Below, one piece after another: positions 31,997-41,610 of a DNA stretch of 64,000 nt. The translations under genes were made by a program, and so were the position numbers. The notes under the pieces were generated by a model. It made no database searches. It was not told the origin of the DNA and saw only the letters and a list, made by a program, of their open reading frames with translations. Origin of the DNA: an uncultured delta proteobacterium (lineage in GTDB: Bacteria > Myxococcota_A > Polyangia > Polyangiales > B10-G4); contig CAVSGI010000009.1 of the NCBI GenBank assembly GCA_963727445.1, positions 800,001 through 864,000 of the forward strand. Reading direction: 5' to 3'. Positions within the stretch are counted from its first letter, which is position 1. Each line of letters starts with the position of its first letter.

Positions 31997-32922
31997 TCAA
32001 GGTCGAGGGAATCAGCCACTGGTTCGGGAGCTTCCAGGCGTTGCGCGACATCTGGTTCGAGGTGCCGCGCGGCGAGATCTTCGGCTTCATCGGTCCGAAC
32101 GGTGCTGGCAAGACCACGACGCTGCGGATGATGGCGACGCTGCTCGAGCCCGACGAAGGTCGGGTCCTGGTCGACGGGATCGACGTGGTGGAGCGTCCAG
32201 GCGAGGTTCGTCAGGTTCTCGGCTTCATGCCGGACGACTTCGGCGTCTACGAGCGTGTGACGGTGCAGGAGTACCTCGACTTCTTCGCCGCGGCCCACGG
32301 CCTCGAGCTCTCGGCGCGCGAGCGCACCGTCGACGCTGTCATGGAGCTCACCGACCTGGGCGATCTCCGGACGCGCCTGGTAGCGCAGATGTCGAAGGGG
32401 ATGAAGCAGCGCCTCGCGATCGCGCGGACGCTCCTGCACGACCCCGAGGTGATGATCCTCGACGAGCCCGCCAACGGGCTCGACCCGCGGGCGCGCATCG
32501 AGATGCGCGACCTGATCGAGGAGCTCCAGCGCCTCGGCAAGACCATCGTGCTCTCCAGTCACATCCTGACGGAGCTGAGCGACATGTGTACGTCGGTGGC
32601 GATCCTCGAGAAGGGTCGGCTGCTGGCGGCTGGGACGGTCGGCGAGATCGGCGAAACGCTGAACCCCGAGCGCGCGGTACGGCTCCGCTTTCTCGAACAC
32701 CCCGAGGACGCCGCCGCGGCGTTTCGGGGTCTGGGCTTCGTGGTCGACGTGGAACGCCAGCCCGACGGCGACTATCGGGTGGCGTACCGGGGGGGCGACA
32801 AGGAGGTCGCCCAGGTGGTGGCAGCGGCCGTCGGCGCGGGGCTCTCGGTGGTGCGCGTCGAGCCGGACGTCAACGACCTCGAACGCATCTTCCTCGAAGT
32901 CACGAAGGGGGAGCTCCAGTGA
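31993..32922 (+). CDS. ABC transporter ATP-binding protein (ABC-2 type)
   Basis: GPNGAGKTT, MSKGMKQR, ILDEP, SSH. Confidence 0.95.
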   Translation: MIKVEGISHWFGSFQALRDIWFEVPRGEIFGFIGPNGAGKTTTLRMMATLLEPDEGRVLVDGIDVVERPGEVRQVLGFMPDDFGVYERVTVQEYLDFFAAAHGLELSARERTVDAVMELTDLGDLRTRLVAQMSKGMKQRLAIARTLLHDPEVMILDEPANGLDPRARIEMRDLIEELQRLGKTIVLSSHILTELSDMCTSVAILEKGRLLAAGTVGEIGETLNPERAVRLRFLEHPEDAAAAFRGLGFVVDVERQPDGDYRVAYRGGDKEVAQVVAAAVGAGLSVVRVEPDVNDLERIFLEVTKGELQ

Positions 32923-34913
32923 GCGACACCGCTTCGGGGTCGGTACAGCCGCCCGCGCCATCGAGCCGCGGTCCCGTCGAGCGTCTGGTCGAGGTTCTGA
33001 CGCGGAAGATCAAGGATCCGAACCCGATCCTGGTCAAAGAGCTCCGCTCCACCTTCCGGACCAACCTCTTCATCCGCTTCCTCTATCTGTCGGTGGGCGC
33101 GATCAGCGTGTTCGTCCTCGGCGGCGGAGCGATGGTGGCGGCGGGCCCGCTCCCGCCGGCGAAGGTCGGTCAGGTGGTCTTCCAGATCTTCTTCGCGATC
33201 ACCCTTCTGGTCCTCGCCCTGGTCGCGCCGGCGTATGCGTCGACCTCCATCACCGGCGAGCGAGAACAGAAGACCTACGAGTCGTTGATCCTGAGCGGCA
33301 TGCCGGCGTGGCGGATCGTCCGCGGCAAGTTCATCGCGGCCTACGCTTCGATGTTCCTCGTGATCGTCGCCCTCGGCCCCGTGGTCGGCATCGCGTTCCT
33401 CTTCGGCGGCATCTCCCCCGGCCAGGTCGTCGTGGGATTCATGGGGATCCTCCTGGTGCTCACGCCCGCGATCGCCCTGGGCGTGGCGGTGAGCGCGCGC
33501 GTCAGCTCCACGCGGATCGCGATCCTCATCGCGACCATCGTCTTCTTCCCCACGGCGGTGATCGTCACCTCGATGATCGGCGTCCTCGGCGAGCCGGCGG
33601 GCAACGAATGGTCACTGGGGATGGAAGGCCCGTTTTGGTGGACCGAGGCGCTCACCGAGCACTTCCTCGACCCGCGCATCCTCGGCCTGTTGGTGGCGCT
33701 GCCGCTGTACTTCTTCCTGATGCCGGTGTGGCTTCTCCTCGGGATCGCGGTCGCCGGGATCCGCCCCCTCGCCGAGGATCGCTCGACGCCCTTCAAGTGG
33801 TGGTCGGTGGTGGCGATGCTGGGCATGATCATCATCATCGCGCTGGTCCCTCTGCTCACCGGCGACGCCAAGGACACGGCGATGATCGCGCAGGGCTTCG
33901 GTTTCGTGGGCGCCTCGCTGTTGCTCTTCATCGCCACCATCTTCATGAACGAGCCGCCGCTGCCGCCGCGCCTCTTCGTGCAGCGCATGAAGGAGAGCAA
34001 GCTCGGCTTCGTCGGTCGTGCCATCGGTCCGGGCGCCGCGCCGACGCTGCGCTTCGCCACGGTGGTGATCCTGGTGAGCGCCTTCGCGATGGCGGCGCTG
34101 CCGGCGGTGGCGCGCCACTTCTACTATCCGGGGTGGACGCACAATGGCGCGGCCGACGTCGGCCTCCTGGTCATGGCGGCCGGCGATGCCGCCGTGTGTT
34201 TCTTCTTCCTCTCCTTCGGCGTCTGGCTCCGCACGGTGCTCCGCAACGGGATCGCGTCGCGGATCCTGGCCGGGGCTGCGCTGGCCACCGCCGTCATCAT
34301 CCCCTTCCTCTTCGCGGTCATCATCGACCCGAACTCGATCGAGAACCTCGACGACGCGGTGCCGTTCTTCATCCAGCTCTCGCCCATCGCACCGACGATC
34401 GTGGGCTTCGACATCACCTCCGGGGACATGGACGCGACGGGCGCGCTCGCGGCGGCGATCCCCATACTCATGTACACCGCCTTCGGCGGTGTCTTCTGGG
34501 TCCTGGTGGAGGTGCGCTGTGCCAAGGTGCAGCGCCTGGACGACGAGCGCCGCAAGAAGCGCGACGAGCTGGCGCGCACCAGTGAACCGACGGTGCCGCT
34601 CTTGACCCGGGCTTCTCGCCCGTCGCTCGCCACCGCCATCGCCAACCGGAGCGAGGAGAAGGCCAAGCCTTTCCCAGAAGGTGCGGGACGGGCCGAGATG
34701 GAAGCCGCCACGTCCAACCCCGCGGCGACAGGGGACGGCCCGAAGGATGAATGGCAGGGCTCGACCGAGGCGTTCGAGCTCCGGCGGGAGAAGAACCCCG
34801 ACTTCTCCGCCGCCGACTCAGACGCGGCCACCGAGGTCGATCAGGTCGACGACGTCGGGGAGGACGAGGTCTCGAACGAGCCGGGCGGGCAGCCCGAGGA
34901 CGCGGACGAGTGA
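32919..34913 (+). CDS. ABC-2 type transporter permease (extended, many TMs)
   Basis: NPILVKELRS, SITGEREQKTYESL, IVRGK; more than 12 hydrophobic segments; GTG overlaps upstream stop. Confidence 0.88.
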   Translation: MSDTASGSVQPPAPSSRGPVERLVEVLTRKIKDPNPILVKELRSTFRTNLFIRFLYLSVGAISVFVLGGGAMVAAGPLPPAKVGQVVFQIFFAITLLVLALVAPAYASTSITGEREQKTYESLILSGMPAWRIVRGKFIAAYASMFLVIVALGPVVGIAFLFGGISPGQVVVGFMGILLVLTPAIALGVAVSARVSSTRIAILIATIVFFPTAVIVTSMIGVLGEPAGNEWSLGMEGPFWWTEALTEHFLDPRILGLLVALPLYFFLMPVWLLLGIAVAGIRPLAEDRSTPFKWWSVVAMLGMIIIIALVPLLTGDAKDTAMIAQGFGFVGASLLLFIATIFMNEPPLPPRLFVQRMKESKLGFVGRAIGPGAAPTLRFATVVILVSAFAMAALPAVARHFYYPGWTHNGAADVGLLVMAAGDAAVCFFFLSFGVWLRTVLRNGIASRILAGAALATAVIIPFLFAVIIDPNSIENLDDAVPFFIQLSPIAPTIVGFDITSGDMDATGALAAAIPILMYTAFGGVFWVLVEVRCAKVQRLDDERRKKRDELARTSEPTVPLLTRASRPSLATAIANRSEEKAKPFPEGAGRAEMEAATSNPAATGDGPKDEWQGSTEAFELRREKNPDFSAADSDAATEVDQVDDVGEDEVSNEPGGQPEDADE

Positions 34914-35782
34914 GCGGCGAGCTCCTGCGCCCCGAGTTCATCCGTCGCCTCGCCCGACTTCGGGTGCTCGCGCGGCGCCGCTTCGCGGGGGCGGCCGGAG
35001 GGATGCGGCGATCGACGCGTCGCGGGTCGAGCGCGGAGTTCGCCGACCATCGGCCCTACTATCACGGAGACGACGTACGACGGATCGACTGGAACGCCTA
35101 CGCGCGTCTCGAGGAGCTGGTGCTCAGGCTCTACGTCGCCGAGGAGGACCTCACGGTCTACCTCCTCGTCGATGCGTCGCGTTCGATGTCGGTCGGCGAG
35201 CCGCCGAAGCTGGAGATCGCCAAGCGCATCGCCGCCGCGCTCGGATACGTGGCGCTCACCGGCTCCGAGCGGGTCTCCATCGTTCCGTTCGGGCCGGGCA
35301 TCGGCCGGCCGATGCCGCCGGTGCGCGGCAAGCGGAAGGTCGGAGCGCTCCTGCGTCACCTCGACGCCCTGGGCGCCGACGGCGAGACCGACCTGAGCCG
35401 GGCCGTGGACGAGCTCCTCGCGCGCAGGCCGCGGCCCGGGGTGGTGGCGGTGATCTCCGATCTCCTCGATCCCGGGGGCTATCAGCGCCCTCTCGACCGC
35501 CTGATCTCCGAGCGCTTCGAGCCCGCCATCTTCCACGTCCTCGATCCCGAGGAGCTCGATCCCACGCCCGGCGGTGATCTGGTGTTGGTCGATGCCGAGA
35601 GCGGCTCCCGCGTGGAGGTCTCCCTCGACGCCCGTGCCATCGCCGCCTATCGCGGTCGACTCAGCGCCTTCCTCGAGGGCGCCGAGAGCTGGGCCAAGAG
35701 GCGGGGGGTCTCCTACGCGCGCCTCTCGGGTGAGACCGACTTCGAGGACGCCCTCGTCGACTACCTGCGCCGAGCGGCCTGA
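34910..35782 (+). CDS. DUF58 domain protein
   Basis: GSSAEFADHRPY..GDDVRRIDWNAYAR, LVDASRSM, VISDLLD. Confidence 0.92.
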   Translation: MSGELLRPEFIRRLARLRVLARRRFAGAAGGMRRSTRRGSSAEFADHRPYYHGDDVRRIDWNAYARLEELVLRLYVAEEDLTVYLLVDASRSMSVGEPPKLEIAKRIAAALGYVALTGSERVSIVPFGPGIGRPMPPVRGKRKVGALLRHLDALGADGETDLSRAVDELLARRPRPGVVAVISDLLDPGGYQRPLDRLISERFEPAIFHVLDPEELDPTPGGDLVLVDAESGSRVEVSLDARAIAAYRGRLSAFLEGAESWAKRRGVSYARLSGETDFEDALVDYLRRAA

Positions 35783-35788
35783 CGCCCG

Positions 35789-37672
35789 ATGGAACTTCTC
35801 GCGCCGGCGCAGCTCCTCTGGCTCGGCCTCGCCGGGCCTCTGATCCTGCTCTACGTCCTGAGGCGACGACGGCAGGAGCGGGAGGTGGGCTCCACGCTCC
35901 TCTGGGACCTCGCGCTTCGCGACATGCGCGCCGAGCGCCCGTGGAAGCGCCTGATCCCGCACGTCTCGCTGCTCCTGCAGCTTCTGGTGCTGATCGCCGG
36001 CGCCATCGCCCTCGCGCGACCGACCGGTGCGGGCGGAGCGGTCGCCGGAGCGCGGACGGCTGTGATCATCGATACGAGCGCTTCGATGGCGGCCGTCGAT
36101 GGCGACGTGCGGCGCCTCGACCGCGCGCGCGACGTCGCGCGATCGCTCGCGCGGGGGATGCCGCCGGGCGGCGACCTGATGTTGATCGAAGCCGCGAAGG
36201 AGCCGGCGGTGATCGCGGCGCCGACCCGCGACGCGACGCAGATCGAGGCCGTGCTCTCCCGCCTCGAGGTTCGAGGTGGGCGAGCGGACCTCGAAGCCGC
36301 CGTCTCGCTCGCCGCCGAGCGCATGCGTGACGCCCCCGCCGGGAGCAAGATCATCTTGCTCACCGACGCGGCGGTAGACGGAGAGATCGCGCTCGACGGA
36401 CGGACGGCGCCGGTGGAGGTGCAGCGGGTCGGCGATGCCGCGAGCAACGACGCCATCGTCGCCGTCGACGTTCGGGCCCGTCCGAGCGAAGAGCACCCCG
36501 ATCGCGCCGACGTCTTCGTGCGCGTGCGGCGCTTCGCCGACACGCCCACCGAGCTCTTCGTGACCGCGCGGGTCGGTGAGCGAACCCTGGGCTCGAGGCG
36601 CCTGTCGCTCGCGGCGAACGCCACCGAGTCGGCGGTGCTGGCCGTGGACCTGCCACCCGACGCCTCCGGCCGCGCGCCGATCGTGGTGGTCGAGCTCGGA
36701 CGCGAGGATGGCTCGCGGGACGCCTTCGCTCTCGACGACGTCGCCGTCGCGCCCTCGCCCGGCGCCCGGAAGATGCCGGTGTTCCTCATCGGTCCGCCCA
36801 TCCCTTCGGTCGAGCGCGTATTCCGAGCAGACCGGGACGCCGAGCTCTTCGCCACCACGCTCGGCGCCCTCGCCGAGCGCGAAGAGGGGTCGGCTCCTCT
36901 CGATGGTCTGCTCGTCTATCTGGGCGACACGCCGGACACCCCGCCGCCCGGCGACAGCCTCGTCGTCGCTCCCACCGGGGCGCAGGTCTTCGAAGCGAGC
37001 CTCGGGGAGGCGGCCGAGTCGCCGCGCATCGTCACCTGGGACGAGGACGACCTGCGCATGCGCTTCGTGCAGATGAGCGACGTGCACCTCGGCGCCATTC
37101 GTCCGATTCACAGCCCGGCCGCGCGCACGCTGTTGTCCACCGATCAGGGCGCCGCCATCGCGTCCATCGAGCGGCCCGACGGCGAGACCACGATCGTGTC
37201 CTTCGATCCCGCACAGAGCGACTGGACGCAGAGCCCCGCCTTCGTCGTCTTCTTCCGAAACGTCCTCGAGCGTGCGCGACGCCGTCGCGCCGAGGGTGGA
37301 GTCCCGGCGGGCGCCGTCGGAGAGTCGCTTCGCGTTCCCGCGGCGACCGGGAGCAGGGTCGAGGTGGAGACGCCTTCGGGTCGCACCCTCGAGGCGACCT
37401 CCCGCGGCGGCGTGGCCGTCGTCGCCGTGCCGCCCGAGGCCGGCGTCTTCGAGGTGAAGACCGAGGGCCGGACGCTCTTCGCCCTGCGCAACCTCCTCGA
37501 TCCCGAGGAGAGCGATCTGTCGCCGCGCGCCCGCTTCACCCGGGGTGACCGCGAAGCGGTGGGGGCGGCGGCGGCGACCGAGCAGGAGGAGTCGTGGCCC
37601 TACTTCGCGGGCGCGCTCCTTCTGCTGCTCCTCTTCGAAGGGCTGTGGGCCACGCGAAAGGCCGCCGCGTGA
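35789..37672 (+). CDS. BatA-like N-terminus + VWA domain membrane protein
   Basis: PLILLYVLRRRR..STLLW, ALARP, MIDAS DTSASM, LTDA; C-terminal TM. Confidence 0.88.
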   Translation: MELLAPAQLLWLGLAGPLILLYVLRRRRQEREVGSTLLWDLALRDMRAERPWKRLIPHVSLLLQLLVLIAGAIALARPTGAGGAVAGARTAVIIDTSASMAAVDGDVRRLDRARDVARSLARGMPPGGDLMLIEAAKEPAVIAAPTRDATQIEAVLSRLEVRGGRADLEAAVSLAAERMRDAPAGSKIILLTDAAVDGEIALDGRTAPVEVQRVGDAASNDAIVAVDVRARPSEEHPDRADVFVRVRRFADTPTELFVTARVGERTLGSRRLSLAANATESAVLAVDLPPDASGRAPIVVVELGREDGSRDAFALDDVAVAPSPGARKMPVFLIGPPIPSVERVFRADRDAELFATTLGALAEREEGSAPLDGLLVYLGDTPDTPPPGDSLVVAPTGAQVFEASLGEAAESPRIVTWDEDDLRMRFVQMSDVHLGAIRPIHSPAARTLLSTDQGAAIASIERPDGETTIVSFDPAQSDWTQSPAFVVFFRNVLERARRRRAEGGVPAGAVGESLRVPAATGSRVEVETPSGRTLEATSRGGVAVVAVPPEAGVFEVKTEGRTLFALRNLLDPEESDLSPRARFTRGDREAVGAAAATEQEESWPYFAGALLLLLLFEGLWATRKAAA

Positions 37673-40575
37673 TCCGCTTCGCTGCGCCCTGGCTGCTGCT
37701 CGTCGGCCTGCCCGCCATCGCGCTGCTGGCGCTTCGCCTCCGGCGTCTGCCTTCGGGCCATGCCGGCCGGCGTCGCGTCGCAATTCAGGCGAGCATGCTC
37801 CTGGCCCTCGTCGCCGCCACGCTCGCCCTCGGCGGGATGGAGCTGGGCGCCGAGATCGATCGTCTCGCCGTGGTCTTCGCCCTCGACCGAAGTCGCAGCG
37901 TCGAGCGCTCGGGTCAGGCCGGCGCGACGCGCGCGATGGAGGAGATCCGGGGCGCGGTCGACACGATGGAGACCGACGACAAGGCCGGCCTCGTCGTCTT
38001 CGGTGCCGAGGCCGCGACCGAGGTGGTTCCCTCGCCACATCCGCCCATCGGCACGGCGCGCGCCAGCGTTCCGCGCGACGCGACAAACATCGGCAGCGCG
38101 ATCCGGCGGGCCCTCGCCGACCTGCCCGCCGAGCACGCGGGCCGCATCGTCGTCGTCTCGGACGGCGTCGAGACCGACGGGGACGCCCTCGCCGCGGCCG
38201 CCAGCGCCGCGAGCCGCGGCGTGGTGATCGACGTCGTCCCCATCGAGCGGGAGCCGAGCCCGGAGATCGCCGTCGAGCGCGTGCGCATTCCCGAGACCGC
38301 GAACCCGGGAGAGCCCGTGGAGCTGCGCATCGTCACGCGTTCGACCGAAGCGAGCGACGTGCGGGTGCGGGTCACGCGCAACGGCGAGGTCATCGCCGAG
38401 GCCGAGACCGAGGTGGCCGCCGGCGACGACGTGCTGGTGATGCGCGACGTCGCGCCGGAGGCGGGCGTGCACCGCTACGACGTGCTGGTGGAGCCGGTGG
38501 GCTCGGGCGACGCGTCGCCGGAGAACAACGAGGGCGGCGCCTTTCTGCGCGTCAGCGGCGAGTCACGCGTCCTGGTCCTCGCGGCGGAGCCGGACCAGGC
38601 GACGGCGCTCGCCGACGCCATTCGGCGCGGCGGCAGCGAGGTGGAGGTCTTCGGCCCATCGCGTGTTCCACCCGACCTCGCCACCCTCGCCAGCTACGAC
38701 CTCCTGATCCTCTCGGACCTTCCGTCGCGCGCGCTCAGCGAGGATCAGCTGCAGATGATCCAGAGCTACGTCCGCGACCTCGGCGGAGGCCTCTTGATGC
38801 TCGGAACGCGCGACGCCTTCGGCCTCGGAGGATACGCGTACACGCCGGTGGAGGAGGCCCTGCCGGCGACCTTCGACCTCCGCCAACGTCGCGACCGCGC
38901 CTCGCTGGCGATGATCATCGCCATCGACAACTCGGGCTCGATGGGGATGGAGATCGCGCCCGGGCGATCGAAGCTCGACGTAGCGAACGAGGCCGCGGGG
39001 CGATCGGCGCGCCTGCTCTCGCCCTTCGATCGCGTCGGCGTGATGCACGTCGACACCGAGGTGCACTGGACGCTGAGGATGACTGGCGTCGACGACCCGG
39101 AGCAGGTGGCCGCGGCCATCCGCCGCGCACAGCCGGGCGGCGGCGGGATCGACGTGGACGTCGCCCTGCTGGAGAGCTACCGGACGCTCCGCGCCGAGCA
39201 GACGCAGCTCAAGCACGTCCTGCTCTTCAGCGACGGCGAGGACTCGCAAAACCTCCCGGGCATGCGCCGCGTGGTGCAAGAGGCCATCGACGATCGCATC
39301 ACCACCTCGATCGTCTCGATGGGCAACGGCGTCTACACCCCCGAGCTCGAGGCGCTCTCGCGCATCGGGCAGGGGCGCTTCTACATCGTCGAAAACCTCA
39401 CCGAGCTTCCGCGCATCTTCACCCAGGAGACGATCGAGGCGAGCCGGTCGGCGATCGTCGAGGAGCCCTTCGCCCCCAGCCTCGGAGTCCCAAGCGCCAC
39501 CACGCGCGGCATCGACTTCGGGACGGCACCGGAGCTCGGCGGCTACGTGGTGTTGAACGCACGGCCGGCGGGCTCGGTGCTCCTCGGCGCCAAGGACGAC
39601 GATCCTCTCCTCGTCACCTGGCAGTATGGCATCGGTCGGAGCGCCGTCTTCGCGGCGGACGGTGGAGCGCTCTTCACCCGTTCGTGGCTGGCGTGGCCCG
39701 GCTACGCGGCGCTCTTCGGTCAGCTCGCGCGCGATCTCGCCCGCGCGCCCGAGCGCCGGGACGCGCGGATCGGCGTTCGCCTCGAAGGCGGCGTCGGACG
39801 GGTGGTGGTCGAGGCGGTGGACGCCGACGGCCACTACCGAAACTACCTCGACCTCTCGGCCACCGTGGCCGCGCGCGGCGGCCGTCGTCTGGACGTCGAG
39901 CTCACCCAGAGTGGCGCCGGGCGCTACGAGGGGACCTTCGACGCCAGCACGCCCGGGCCCTACCTGGTCACGGTTCGCGAGGGCGACGAGGGGCTCGTGG
40001 GCAGCGCGGGTCTCGTGCGGCCGACGGGCGACGAGCTGCGCGGCGAAGGCACCGACCACGCGAAGCTCGCGCAGATCGCGGCGCTCACCGGCGGGCAGGT
40101 GCGCACCGACCTGCGCGCGGTTTTCACCGACCGCCCGCCGCGCACCTACGCGTATCGGCCACTGTGGCCGCCGCTCCTGATCCTGGCGATGTGCCTGATG
40201 CTCCTCTCGGTGGCGCTGCGCCGCTTGGTGCTCCCGATGGAGGCGATCCGGCGCGCGATCCCAGCGCCCATCCGTCGTCTCTTTCGCGTGCGTCCGCCGC
40301 GGCGGCCTGCGCCCAGCACGCCCACGGCGACCCTCGACGCCCTCGCGCGCGCGAAAGCCGAAGGCCGCGACGAGCGCGCGCAACGAGCGGAGGTCGCACC
40401 CGAGGTCGCGGCTGCGCGTGCGGCGGATCCGTCCGAGGAGAAGCCTGCGCCTTCTTCCCGCACGGCGACGAAGCCTGCGGAACCCGAAACCGGCGAGACC
40501 ACCGCAGCGCCGGAAAATGCCCAACCCGGCTCACTCGCCGAGACGCTCCTGGCCCGGAAGAAGAAGCGGCGCTGA
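37669..40575 (+). CDS. Double-VWA + GATase1-like domain membrane protein
   Basis: MIDAS motifs DRSRSV and DNSGSM, SDG, PENN, YVRDLGGGLLMLG..FGLGGY, WQYGIGRS; C-terminal TM. Confidence 0.87.
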   Translation: MIRFAAPWLLLVGLPAIALLALRLRRLPSGHAGRRRVAIQASMLLALVAATLALGGMELGAEIDRLAVVFALDRSRSVERSGQAGATRAMEEIRGAVDTMETDDKAGLVVFGAEAATEVVPSPHPPIGTARASVPRDATNIGSAIRRALADLPAEHAGRIVVVSDGVETDGDALAAAASAASRGVVIDVVPIEREPSPEIAVERVRIPETANPGEPVELRIVTRSTEASDVRVRVTRNGEVIAEAETEVAAGDDVLVMRDVAPEAGVHRYDVLVEPVGSGDASPENNEGGAFLRVSGESRVLVLAAEPDQATALADAIRRGGSEVEVFGPSRVPPDLATLASYDLLILSDLPSRALSEDQLQMIQSYVRDLGGGLLMLGTRDAFGLGGYAYTPVEEALPATFDLRQRRDRASLAMIIAIDNSGSMGMEIAPGRSKLDVANEAAGRSARLLSPFDRVGVMHVDTEVHWTLRMTGVDDPEQVAAAIRRAQPGGGGIDVDVALLESYRTLRAEQTQLKHVLLFSDGEDSQNLPGMRRVVQEAIDDRITTSIVSMGNGVYTPELEALSRIGQGRFYIVENLTELPRIFTQETIEASRSAIVEEPFAPSLGVPSATTRGIDFGTAPELGGYVVLNARPAGSVLLGAKDDDPLLVTWQYGIGRSAVFAADGGALFTRSWLAWPGYAALFGQLARDLARAPERRDARIGVRLEGGVGRVVVEAVDADGHYRNYLDLSATVAARGGRRLDVELTQSGAGRYEGTFDASTPGPYLVTVREGDEGLVGSAGLVRPTGDELRGEGTDHAKLAQIAALTGGQVRTDLRAVFTDRPPRTYAYRPLWPPLLILAMCLMLLSVALRRLVLPMEAIRRAIPAPIRRLFRVRPPRRPAPSTPTATLDALARAKAEGRDERAQRAEVAPEVAAARAADPSEEKPAPSSRTATKPAEPETGETTAAPENAQPGSLAETLLARKKKRR

Positions 40576-40609
40576 GGAGAAGACCCGAGCGGTCACACTC
40601 TCCTTCGGT

Positions 40610-41458
40610 TCAGCGAATCCAGAGAGCTCCGGCGCGATGGGGGTACCAGGTACCCGGCGAATAACGCCGGCCGCAGGTCAGGTCGCTGCCGGTGTCGTAG
40701 TTCACCACGAAGCCGGCGTAGTCGTCGCGGCTGACATAGTCCTTGAAGCCGGTCGTACCAGAGCTTCCCCCCGCGGCCGCGGCGCCGTTGGAGAACCCCC
40801 AGACATCGGATTCCGAGGCATCGGCGAGATCCGGCCCGGGGTCGAAGGCGCTGCAGTCGCCGTTGGCCTCCCAATCCACCTCGAAGCGCATCGGTGTGAC
40901 CTCCACGTTGGTCGTCGTCGCGACGCCATCCGGATCCATCACCCCCGCGCTCGTCGCGGGCTGCTCGACCTGCGCCAGCATCGAGACGGTCCAGCCCCGC
41001 GTGAAGATGCGCACGTTGTTTCGGTCGCCGGGCTCGCGCGAGAGGAGCCAGGTCAGCTGAAGGTCCGAGAGCCGGCCGTGCACCAGGGGAGTGAGTGAGC
41101 CGGGGACCACTGGCATGTCCCCATATCCATCCTCTGGCGCGTTGATCGCCAGGGTCCACCCGCCGCCGTCTGTCGTCATGTCGCAGTAGACATCGAGCGC
41201 CTCGCCGCCGAGCTCGATGGTGTAGATACCGTCTGTGGCGCTCGGATCGTCCACGTGGATCGCCTCGCAGCTCGCTCGACTCGGCTCGGGCGCCGGTGAG
41301 ACCGGAGGATCCATCGGATCCATGATCGGCGGAGCTCCTGCGTCGCCGTCGGCGCCGGTCGGCGCTGGCCGGTCCGACGTCGTATCCAAATCCCCGCCCG
41401 CTGCGCAGCCACCCGCCGTGCACAGCGCGACGACCCCAATCGTCCATCGCATCCGCAT
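40610..41458 (-). CDS. Fibrinogen-like (YCDxxxxGGGW) domain lipoprotein
   Basis: Lipobox AGGC; SCEAI..DGIYTI..VYCDMTTDGGGWTL; ends LWIR. Confidence 0.82.
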   Translation of the reverse strand: MRMRWTIGVVALCTAGGCAAGGDLDTTSDRPAPTGADGDAGAPPIMDPMDPPVSPAPEPSRASCEAIHVDDPSATDGIYTIELGGEALDVYCDMTTDGGGWTLAINAPEDGYGDMPVVPGSLTPLVHGRLSDLQLTWLLSREPGDRNNVRIFTRGWTVSMLAQVEQPATSAGVMDPDGVATTTNVEVTPMRFEVDWEANGDCSAFDPGPDLADASESDVWGFSNGAAAAGGSSGTTGFKDYVSRDDYAGFVVNYDTGSDLTCGRRYSPGTWYPHRAGALWIR

Positions 41459-41610
41459 GACTCCTTGGAAAGCAAGGTGCGGGCCGGCGCGTCGTCGCGG
41501 CAAACGTGCACGAAGGTGCGACGTAAAGGTGTCAGATGGGGACGCGTGACCTGACGATGGGGACCATGGACTGGGGTCGCTCGTGGACGAGCAACGTTTG
41601 CGCGGCGTGC

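Noticed and set aside
30028..32922. 964-aa ORF that looks like a periplasmic protein-ABC ATPase fusion
   Set aside because: Artefact of the +1 frameshift at about 31314 reading through into the separate ATPase gene (ATG 31993)
34841..40664. Very long alternate ORFs (1081 aa and 1039 aa; likewise 16750-19809)
   Set aside because: Arg/Ala/Pro-rich shadow ORFs typical of high-GC DNA, overlapping well-supported genes
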